NCBI GenBank assembly: GCA_030141605.1
Contig: JAQGDQ010000467.1
Location: 114,579 to 178,578, forward strand
DNA length: 64,000 nt
Direction of reading: 5' to 3'
DNA from: Tubiluchus corallicola
Lineage: Eukaryota; Animalia; Priapulida
Within the stretch, counting starts at the first letter, position 1, and each line of letters starts with the position of its first letter. The position numbers and the translations under genes were made by a program. The notes under the pieces were generated by a model, which was not told the DNA's origin, ran no database searches, and saw only the letters and a list, made by a program, of their open reading frames with translations. This document shows positions 1-10,166 of this stretch, one piece after another.

Positions 1-304
1 AAAATTTATATTACAAACCATATATTTCTACTTTCAGGACAGATAGTGGAATTTCATTACAATGCATATTAGTAATGTGTATCACACAGTCTGTGTAGTA
101 CAGTGAAATTAAGCTACAACCATCTTGTAAGGGTTAATGGCATCCGATCTAGTAGAAAAAACTACCCGCACTATCTTTGGGATCGTGGCACGGACTTCAG
201 CTGGATACACTCAATTAATCGCCCGGGCCGCACTTTCATTAGGTTGACAAATCTCTTCGCGGGCCGCACAAATTCTCTCGGCGGGCCACAATTTGCACAC
301 CCCT
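1..304 (+). mobile_element. Right part of hAT-like MITE family A (cut by window start)
   Basis: Ends in AATTTGCACACCCCT; near-identical to copies at 51083-51550, 60599-61109 and (inverted) 46341-46762. Confidence 0.85.
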
Positions 305-566
305 AATATAAAGTGTATTTAAGGCGACAGTAAAATAGACAAATTCACTATTTTCATTTCTTCGCACTGTTACATTTGTTGGGTGATTTTTTATTTTTTA
401 TGTTAATTTATTTGTACAAAGAAAATGTGATAGCTTTGATCTGTAAAAAGATTTTGTTCATGTTTGATTGTGTACATGTCGTCTGCTTGTTGCCAGACCT
501 GCATACTTAAAAATTTCTAAATTAGCTGATTGTAACTTTTAGTAGTGCCCGAATTAGACATATTAA

Positions 567-1023
567 CCCTTTCATACCCCTTGTATCCCATGGGATACGA
601 GAATATTTTCTGCCTTTAAAATTAATAAAATTTTAAAACTGGCAGTTATTTGATCTGTTAATAGTTATTTTGATTTAAGCCAATATCAATAGACTAAAAA
701 TGGTGATAAAATGGCAAACTAGAGAATCTACATAGCATAAAAACTGCGCAAGGTACAGTACTTTAGAGACGACTTTGCACAGATCAGCATAGCGTGCATA
801 CTAAATGTCTTAAATACTTTAAAAAATTATCAGCAGTTGCAAAATGAAGCACATTTTATGCAACCATTGAATCCCAATGTATCCCGTGGGATACAGGCTA
901 TATTTAGCACGCGGGCACAGGTAGGAAAAAATAATTATTACGTGCAAAGAAGATGGACATACTGAACAAAAGTACCAAGCCAAAAATTTTCCTTATTAAA
1001 AAAATAATTTGGGACTGAAAGGG
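567..1023 (+). mobile_element. piggyBac-like MITE family B
   Basis: Termini CCCTTTCA...TGAAAGGG with TTAA on both sides (563-566, 1024-1027); five more copies in the window. Confidence 0.9.
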
Positions 1024-1111
1024 TTAAGTGTCATCACACCACAAGATTGGCCTGTTAATCATCATAATATTGTCAAGACTATTAATGATGTTACAGACCC
1101 ACGAATAATTA

Positions 1112-1405
1112 AATTTTCATACCAAATTTGATAGGCGGGAAGTGTGAAAACATTTGGATATAACCAGCCTTGGATTTGAACCAAGGACTGTCTGCTTACA
1201 TTGCCGACGCACATAAATCTCCACGTCACCACAGTTCCCTGTGGTCAACGCAGTCCGAAATTGATAACTAGATAATTAATTAATCACTCGTGGAATTTTC
1301 AGCTCAAAATGAATCAAAATAAGAAATAAGTTACTTAGTTAGAACAAATCCAGGCTGTATCCCAACTTTTTCACATTTCTTCTCGTTAAAGTTGGTATGA
1401 AATTT
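1112..1405 (-). mobile_element. Small inverted-repeat element containing a tRNA-like Pol III promoter segment
   Basis: Imperfect IR AATTTTCATACCAA...TTGGTATGAAATTT; minus strand 1239-1162 has A-box-like TGGTGACGTGG and T-arm hairpin CCTTGGTTCAAATCCAAGG; inverted second copy near 31478-31772. Confidence 0.55.
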
Positions 1406-1417
1406 TTTTGTTAATTC

Positions 1418-1615
1418 GGCATAGCGTGCGTACTAAATGTCTTAAATACTTTAAAAGTAATTGCAAAATGAATACGTGGGATACAGGCTATATTTAGCCT
1501 GCGGGCACGGGTAGAAAAAAATAATTATTATGTGTAAACAAGATGGACATACTAAACAAAAGTATCAAGCCAAAAAAATTTTTCTTATTAAAATAATAAT
1601 TTGGGACTGAAAGGG
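1418..1615 (+). mobile_element. Partial right-end copy of MITE family B
   Basis: Matches the 3' part of 567-1023 with internal deletions; ends TGAAAGGG then TTAA. Confidence 0.85.
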
Positions 1616-1770
1616 TTAAGTAGGTGTTAATGGTTATAATGAATTTGTTGATAATAAACAAGTCTGAATACAGAAAGAAACACATAAATTTGTGAGCTAA
1701 AAAAAGTTTTCAGTGCAACTACACAAATTGCTCTGCACTCCAACGCTGTAATAAAATATTATATTAGCAG

Positions 1771-2143
1771 TAGGGGTGAGCATTCTCTAGCATAAAGCGA
1801 ATTCGAACCGAACTTCAGTATTTCGAATCGAGATTGAACGATTTTCGACCAAGTTTTCGAACTACCAGTAAAAATTAGTCTTACAAAGATCATGCATATC
1901 ACTAGATTTTGTTCTGCAATAAAACGACTAGTAATTTGCTTAAATTTGTGCGCAGAAAGAACAACTATATTATGCTAATTGCACGATGTTTCAATCGTTT
2001 TAATGATCAGGAACATATGTGATTGAAGTGCTGAATTATTCGAATCTATAGTTTTGGATTCGAATCGAGTTCGAACTAAAAAAACTCGTTCGAATCGAAT
2101 TCGATTCGAATGTTCGAACTCGAACGTTCGATGGTCACCCCTA
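1771..2143. mobile_element. hAT-like MITE family C (TTCGAA-rich)
   Basis: TIR TAGGGGTGAGCAT...ATGGTCACCCCTA; 8-bp TSD ATTAGCAG/GTTAGCAG; opposite orientation to the copies at 10258 and 27481. Confidence 0.85.
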
Positions 2144-3080
2144 GTTAGCAGTGGCTATTTTATTAGATTCTTCAAATTGGCTAACTATGTGCATGAAACT
2201 GAATATGGTCGTTTTATTAACACCAAATTAGCTAATCATAACTGCTCTCTTGTTTTTTTTTTTGTTATAGCCTATACAACTGTCTCATGCTGTCTTTAGT
2301 AGTGTAGTTCCCATAAATATTTGTCATGCTTGGGTTATGACCACTGTTACGTGTTCTCACAACATGAATAAAATTAGCCTTATTATTATTATTATAATTC
2401 TTTATTTAAAATTTATTGTGCGCATATACAAATATTTACTTAAAATACATACAGGGACCCTCTATTTGCAGGGTATGGTTAAAAAACTTTGTAAATAAAA
2501 TAGCTGTTATATTCGCAAGACTTTTAAATACCAATAAATCAATATACCAATAAAAGAACAACTAAAATCAAATAGTACCAATTTACACAAAACGACCTGT
2601 ATTATATAAAAGTGACAGATATAATATAAAAGTTCAATATTTTATACTAAAGTTTGTAAAAACGAATCACAAACTAACTCAGAGAAAGCAACTAGCAGGT
2701 TTTTGTCTCGAGAGGTATAAATTTTGCTAATATTTTAGCCTTATTGGATTGGTAATATTGGTGTTAAAAATTTTAATCTCGTTGTCGGTAGTCAGCAAGG
2801 GGACCTAATGTTGTCATGCGGTATCTGTTGAGCATCATCCACAATTGACGTAATTTTCTGTAATGATGTATGCGGTAAGCAAAATTTTTTATAGCAATTT
2901 TGGACACTAGATTATATGACCTTTCAAAAGTTTTGGTCTTAATTTGGCTGTTGCTAGGGTGTAAATTGACCATTTCTTCCAAAACAGATAAAGTGCATAT
3001 TCTTTGACAATTGTGAGGCCAAACAGATGCAACGTACAGAAAACATTGTAATGCTATAGTTTTTCAAACTCCAAAATTTT

Positions 3081-3634
3081 TGGCCCACCCAGGGTCATCA
3101 AAAGGTCATAAACAGGGAATGTCTCAATCATATTGAGTAATATGTCAAATTAATGCTTGGTGTGAGGCGGATTTGACACTAACAAATGTTGGCCCACCCA
3201 GGGTCATCAAAAGGTCATAAATAGGGAATGTCTCAATCATATTGAGTTTTATGTCAAATTAAAGCTTGGTGTGAGGCGGATTTGACACTAACAAATGTTG
3301 GCCCACCCAGGGTCATCAAAAGGTCATAAACAGGGAATGTCTCAATCATATTGAGTTTTATGTCAAATTAAAGCTTGGAGTGAGGCGGATTTGACACTAA
3401 CAAATGTTGGCCCACCCAGGGTCATCAAAAGGTCATAAACAGGGAATGTCTCAATCATATTGAGTTTTATGTCAAATTAAAGCTTGGAGTGAGGCGGATT
3501 TGACACTAACAAATGTTGGCCCACCCAGGGTCATCAAAAGGTCATAAACAGGGAATGTCTCAATCATATTAAGTTTTATGTCAAATTAAAGCTTGGAGTG
3601 AGGCGGGTTTGACACTAACAAATGTTGGCCCACC
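3081..3634. repeat. Tandem repeat, 109-bp unit, about 5 copies
   Basis: TGGCCCACCCAGGGTCATCAAAAGG recurs at 3081, 3190, 3299, 3408 and 3517. Confidence 0.95.
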
Positions 3635-5655
3635 CGGTGTTACCCAACGCCTTGGTCATTCAGTTTGACATGCATTTTATCCAAAGGTCACTACACACCA
3701 AGAATCTAAGACGAAGGACATATTGTGTAACGCATCAAGTTAAAGCTTAGGGCGATGTGGGTTTCACACTGCCACATTTTGGCTTAAGTAGGGTCGCCTA
3801 AAGGACATCTACAGGGAATGTGTCAAACATATTGTGTAAGATATGCGAATAAACCTTATGCATAAGCAGTTTGACATGGTACATTACAACATTGAGTGCT
3901 GTTGACAAATGACTTAATTTTCTTTATTTTGTCCTTCTTAGATTTTTGGTGTATAGATTTTTGCATAAAATGTATGTCAAACTGAATGACCAAGGTCAAA
4001 AATTTTGAGCCATCTGGTGTCACCCAAATGGAATGTCGCAAACAGCAAACAGTCGTGTAATAATCATACCAAATTGAAGCTTACAGCGAGGTGGGTTCAC
4101 AAAGTTCATGAAAAGGTCAGAGGTCAGTGGAAGAGCATCGCAATAAAAATGCTAAGGTCACAGGAATGAAGGCTTCCTTTCATAAAATAACTAATTGGGT
4201 TTTTGAAAGTCTTTACTTACTTACATAATTGTTTACTAATTCAGTCATGCACTTACTAAGCCTGAGTTACGTTTGGTCTCACAACAATAATGATAAGAAG
4301 TTCAAACGAGGGTACATTTCACTTTTATTTGCTGACCTGTGTGTATGTCTGTAACACGGTTTTGGCTTTGCGTTATTAGAGTATGTACAGTAGAATAATT
4401 TCACTTCAGAACTTCTTGGAGTCTCGTTATATTTTTTTACATTATTATGATATATTATGACTCCATTATACATTCGCTGCTTATGTCTTAAGAATTATGC
4501 TTGTGTTATAAAGTAAATTTCAGTTGCCATTGTTATTATGTTTCTGTTGTCAGATTTTTATTTCAGTTCTTGTTTCAGTTCTTATTTCAGTTCAGTTTTA
4601 TTTCAGTTTTTTTCAGTTTGATATTTTTTTATTATGCACTTATTATTACTGTGTATGAATTGTACTAACACGTTATAAGCATATCAACTTAATGTCATCC
4701 GTAACAATTTAGTTTTTATTATAAGCAGTACTAACACTAATACACTGTAGCATAGCGCCTATAAAAATGTTCATCACTAACCAAAGGGCAGCTGACTAGA
4801 TGACCAATTGGTCTTTCGCTGCCCTTTCTTCACATTGTTGTTATCAAATTAACTGTATTATAACTGTGCGTGTGTTAAAAGATAAATAAAAGATTATTAT
4901 TATTATTATATTATTATTATATCAAGCTTGAAGCAAATACAACTTACAGAAACAATTATAATGTACAGTTCCCAATGCTGCAAAATTTTGCCCCATGCGG
5001 ATTCCCACCGTCATTGCAAACACTCTGTGCACAAACTAATGCATAATTAAGTAAAGTCCACCTAAAACAACTGAAGTTGTTGAACTGATGCAGCAGACAG
5101 CTTTGCTTTACGCATATGTCTGGATTGTCGTTAAGACGCGTTGCTGTGATACACGTAACCTTTGACCTGCAGCAAATGCGCGTGCGCACAACGAAACTGT
5201 AAAAATTGGCTTATTAAACAAAATTAGCACTGCTCTTGTCGGCTTCTTAGCCTTTTATCTCAAATGACGGACTGTAGCTCTCAAAGAAGAAGAAGATGGC
5301 ATTCAATGGAGATGCAGACCGCATGAAGTCACTATGTGCAGAAATTTATTTTAACATCTTTTGACATTCTAGCCTTGATGTTTAACCTTTTGAATAAAAA
5401 AACCAATGGGTTTGCACTTTGCAAATCTTACGCAGAACTACCACTGTATCAAGTACGAATGGGTTTCTGGTGCATAGATCGGCCTGTCTCCGTACCAAAT
5501 GGTAATCTTAATTTTGGATTTTTTACCCTTTCTACTAACTTTTCGAACGGGCAACAGGTTTTTTTTCGGATTCAGCGTAGCTAAATTGATAAAACTGTCT
5601 ATATTCCAACTTTTATGCTCTAGTATAATAAAAATCAAGTAGTGGCGGCAAGAAA

Positions 5656-5775
5656 AAGCCTACAGCACCTGGTATTCCCAGGCAGTCACCCCTCCAAGTA
5701 CTAACCAGGCTCTACGTTGCTTAATTTCAGTGATCAGACGAAAGCAGGTATTTTCAACATCATATGGCCAGTGGT
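5656..5775 (-). pseudogene. 5S rRNA-derived copy, probably a pseudogene
   Basis: Minus strand GGCCATATGATGTTGAAAATACCTGCTTTCGTCTGATCACTGAAATTAAGCAACGTAGAGCCTGGTTAGTACTTGGAGGGGTGACTGCCTGGGAATACCAGGTGCTGTAGGCTTTTT follows the metazoan 5S pattern plus a T-run terminator, with a divergent 5' end and altered box A and box C. Confidence 0.85.
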
Positions 5776-6394
5776 TGATTGATAATATTGGATTTTTTTA
5801 CTCTTTTTACTAACTTTTCGAACCGGCAACAGGTTTCTTCGGATTCAGCGTAGCTAAATTTATAAGACTGTCTATATTCCGAATTTTGAAAAAAAAACGC
5901 TTCCAGGGTTCCACTTTTCAGAAAATGGACTAGGGTTAGGCTATTTGTTGTTCTAGCTTGTGAGATTGGAAAAGTGGAACCCTGGCTACAGCGAAAAATC
6001 GAAAGTCAAAAGGCTCTTTAGAAGAGTTAAAAGTTAAGGCGCCGCGTGACTTTTTGAACTATATGCGTATGCCATCTGCAGTGTTTAGCTATTTATTATA
6101 AGAAGTATACAGGCGATGGAGATAGACATAAGAGAAACGACATCACCACCTGCTCGCTTGGAAGTCAAGCTGAAATTTTTGACGACAGATGTCTCTTTAC
6201 AATATTCGACTAAAATATCAAAGCTAACTTCACCTTTCATTATTCCAGAAACGTTCGAGGCAGTTTCTCAGGTGTTCGGGAAAAGCACCGCAAGGTATTC
6301 AATCAAGTCACGCTACAGAAACTTGCTCCATTTAAAAATGCTGCTACGCTCTGCCTGAGAACTACTGGGAAAATTACGTAGCCCAGGTCACTGG

Positions 6395-6935
6395 AAGCAG
6401 TTCAATTCAATTTATTTTCTCAATAGCAGTTAAAATTCGACATAATTATTTTTACATTTCATTGCAACTGAGAAGGAGCAGCGAAAGACCTATTGGTCAC
6501 TTGGTCAGCTGCCCCTTATTAAAAATACAAGTTTACTTACAGGCTCATGACGTTTTTTAGGTGTTTGTGTATCAAAAGCAACAAAAATCAACTCAAAGCA
6601 GAAATGCAAGTCAAAGCATAACAAGGAATAACATCAAGCAAAAAATTAATGAAATTCAATGTAGAGCAAAAAATGATATCAAACAAAAAAAAAACAAAAA
6701 AAATCAACTCAAAGCAAAAATGCAATTCCAGTCAGAATAAAAGGAAGTTTTCACAAGCAATGCAAAACGGAATTTAACTTATAGCAAAAAATTATATCAA
6801 ACAAAATGAAACTCAAAGCGAACAGTTTTTTAAAGCAAACACAATTGAACTGAAGGTAAAAGAATTTATCAAAAGCAAAGCTAAACAGAATTCAACTTAG
6901 GGCAAAAATTATATCACACAAAAGCAACAAAATCA
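6395..6935 (-). mobile_element. Retroelement-like 3' fragment (stem-loop, AATAAA, (AATTG)n tail)
   Basis: Inverted homologue of 63415-63770; hairpin at 6475-6515. Confidence 0.6.
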
Positions 6936-7169
6936 CAGGCTGCAGAATGTTCTCCATTGTAGCTTCTGCAGGTTTTTCATGCGGAATTCCTTTAAACGTC
7001 GAAGACAATTAAAAAAGACGAACTTCCAGTTAAATTTTTAGCTACACAAATGCCTCAACACCTACACAACCCCAAGCCATAGTAATGTTGCAAATGTACA
7101 AAAGTTATTAAACGTGACCATTCGTAAGTAACACCTTCCGATCAAGGAATTACGTGACAATTTAATTAA

Positions 7170-7620
7170 CCCTTTCATACCCGTTGTATCCCGTGGGATA
7201 CGAGAATATTTTCTGCCTTTAAAACTAATAAAATTTTAAGACTGACAGTTATTTGATCTGTTAGTAGTTATTTTGATTTAAGTCAATAACAATAGACTAA
7301 AAATGGCGATAAAATGGCAAACTAGAAAACTATGTAGCATAAAAAACTGCGCAAGGTACAGTACTTTAGAGACGACTTTGTACAGATCAGCATAGCATAC
7401 ATACTAAATGTCTTAAATACTTTAAAAAATATCAGCAGTTGCAAAATGAAGCACATTTTATGCTTCCATTGAATCCCAATGTATCTCGTGGGATACAGGC
7501 TATATTTAGCACGCGGGCACAGGTAGAAAAAATAATTATTATGTGTAAAAAAAAGTACTGAAAAAAAGTACCAAACCAAAAAATTTTTTCTTATTAAAAA
7601 ATAATTTGGGACTGAAAGGG
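7170..7620 (+). mobile_element. piggyBac-like MITE family B
   Basis: TTAA-CCCTTTCA...TGAAAGGG-TTAA. Confidence 0.9.
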
Positions 7621-7912
7621 TTAACGGCGACATAAAAGTTGAAACTTTGATGTATGCATACCAGAAAGACGTTCACCCGACAATTTTCTATAACCAGTTT
7701 GGATTATGCGAATACTTCAGCTGTGTTTAGTAAAGATGAACATACGAGTGACAGAGGCTACTCAATGTCTGTACACGATGAACATGACATTTTATGTGTT
7801 CATGAACATATGATTTTAGTGCAAGTTTTTAAGCTATTTAAATATTTTGCATACAGATTAGTACCATCAATCCCCAGTGGATTAGAAAAGAAAATAGAGG
7901 CCACCAACAGGC

Positions 7913-8283
7913 TCAGCATACATCAGCGTACATCACCTTGCATCAGCATGAATGGAGCATACATCAGCATACATCAGCTTGCATCAGCTTGCATCAAGCA
8001 TACATGAAGCATACATCAGTTTGCATCAGCATACATCAGCATGCATGAGTATACATCAGCATGCATCAAACATACATCAGCTTGCATAAGCACAGGTCAG
8101 CATACATCAGCTTGCATCAGCGCACATCAGCATACATCAAGCATACATCAGCTTGCACCAGCTTACATCAGCATGTGTCAGCATACATGAGCTTGCATCA
8201 GGGCACATCAGCATGTATTAGCATACAACAGCTTGCATCAGCACACATCAGCTTGCATCAGCATACATCAGCATACATCAGCT
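7913..8283. repeat. Degenerate 10-bp tandem repeat (GCATACATCA/GCTTGCATCA)
   Basis: Visible 10-bp periodicity; explains ORFs 7654-8007 and 8061-8285. Confidence 0.9.
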
Positions 8284-8760
8284 AGACAAGACAATAAATT
8301 GTTACGATATTTCCAAAGGCGCACAACCTGCGTTTATTCTTTTTTCAAATCTACATTCCAAATGTTTCACCAGCAGCAGTAGATGTCCTTTCAAAAAATC
8401 TAAAAATTAAAAAGCAAAAATAAAAATTCAATTTGAGGTTGTTTCTCAGACTTGAATTGTTTTACAGATGGGATTAGGCTTAGTTTAACTTACCCGTATT
8501 ACATTGACATTTCCTGCTGATAGTGAGGACTTAAGTCATTTTACAGTAAATAGATTTTTCATTTTTTTATTCAAATAGCAATAAAAAGCGAAGATGTTGA
8601 AGTGTTCTTGATCTAAAAAATGTATTTCATATTAATACGAAAATAACTTAAACTAAAAGAACATGTTTTGTTAAAAGTAGGCTTTCATAGCCCAAATCGT
8701 TGTTAAATCATTATAGTCTAGACTACATTGCCACCCACGATAGCCTACAGACCTTTCACA

Positions 8761-8908
8761 TATAGACACAGACATAGACATAGACATAGACATAGACATA
8801 GACATAGACATAGACATAGACATAGACATAGACATAGACATAGACATAGACATAGACATAGACATAGACATAGACATAGACATAGACATAGACATAGACA
8901 TAGACATA
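8761..8908. repeat. (TAGACA)n microsatellite, tail of a minus-strand retroelement 3' end
   Basis: About 24 hexamers next to TTTATT and the hairpin at 8980-9020; same arrangement with a short tail at 39541-39670. Confidence 0.95.
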
Positions 8909-9493
8909 GCACATTTATTTTCTCGAATTAGTTTGACGTCAAAAGTTTTTTAAATATTAAGTAATTATAATCATGAAGCAGGGCAGGGAAGGACCATAGG
9001 GTCATCTAGTCGCCTGCCCTTTTTTATAAATAGATTAGTCATATTAAAAATTCACATGATATAATTTTATCCATTGGCCGGTATAATAAACAAACCTTCA
9101 AATAAAAATCCATGAGAAGAAGTAAGAAATGTACCAAACACACCGACTTGGATTCGGAGATAGCCTTAGGCTTAAATAGTGGGAAAATGTAAAAAGGTTA
9201 TTAAACGCAACCGAGAGTTCAAGACGTCTTCAAAACACGTTTCCTGTCAAATGAATGAATATGTGATTGATAATAGCGTTATCAAAGAAAAATTTAACCC
9301 TTTGAGGTGTTCTATCGCGAAATGATACGTTTAATGGCCTGGAAGAAACGTTAACCCGAATGTACAAATTATATGGAACAACCAGTTTGGGTTTGCATTG
9401 TCACACCATTACGTTAGGCAGACGAAAGGGAGCATACCAGGGACAGAGGTGGCAGTGTCTTCACGAACTTGTGGCCCACGTCCGCGAGCAAAA

Positions 9494-10166
9494 ATGTTTT
9501 TTAAAAATGTGTGGATTGTGCTGATTTTGACGGCAATCTCAAGATCACAGAAATCTCCCTGTACACACTTGTCCAGAGACTGTGATTACCAGTATTCAAC
9601 TGTGTGTTACCTTCGCTGCTTCCTTCTGACACCCGAGTTTGACATATACAGCGTGTGTGGTGCTCTTCTACCAGACTGCAGCTATGAGACATTCGGACAG
9701 TGCATCGTCATCTGTGGGAGGCTGCAAGATGCTCAGGTATTCGCCATAGACTTGGCTATTCTGACAAACGCATTACCACTTTATACACATCAGCTAAATA
9801 TCTACAACTACCAAGACGCACAGTTGCCGCGTGGTTTCCTGCAGGGAAGAAATGTTGGCAGACTAACCGTAGCTTTTTCCAACCTCGAACAGCTAGGGGC
9901 AGGTGTCATATCTGGTAACGTATCAGACGTGTCTTTAAGGTCTAACGGCCGATTAACCACGGTTCATCCACTGGCTTTTTCTAGAATAGCTGGCTTGTCA
10001 AGCATCACATTTAGCGACTGTACAGCCCTGACCTCTGCTGACCTTGATTTGAGCAACAGTGACCGGATAGAGAGAATCGATTTTCATAAAACAGGGATAG
10101 AGACTATGAGGATGCCAATTTTGTCTCCGGAAAGACCAGCAAATAGAATAATTCTGGAAATAACAG
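9494..10166 (+). CDS. LRR-mucin exon 1: signal peptide, 8-Cys cap, LRR block 1
   Basis: ATG 9494 in AAAAATG context; LRR-like LTVAFSNLEQLGAG, VSLRSNGRLTTVHPLAFSRIAGLSSITFS; donor ACAG|GTAAAT. Confidence 0.85.

Noticed and set aside
103-306. 67-aa ORF repeated at 51328-51591 and overlapped by 60912-61130
   Set aside because: Lies within MITE family A; starts and frames are not conserved between copies.
1162-1239. Functional tRNA gene
   Set aside because: A-box and T-arm are present but I see no convincing acceptor or anticodon stem, and it lies inside a repeat.
3081-3634. Regular repeat arrays (also 20038-20398 and 43103-44330) as CRISPR arrays
   Set aside because: Whole units repeat head to tail with no unique spacers, no cas genes, and the context is eukaryotic.
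4783-4827. Stem-loop motif as a hammerhead ribozyme
   Set aside because: CTGA is present but CUGANGA followed by GAAA on the same strand is not.
9398-9493. 5' extension of ORF 9398-10174 and the given starts of ORFs 10912, 17912, 20734 and 22808
   Set aside because: They begin at TTG/GTG or inside introns; the ATG at 9494 and AG acceptors explain the real boundaries.
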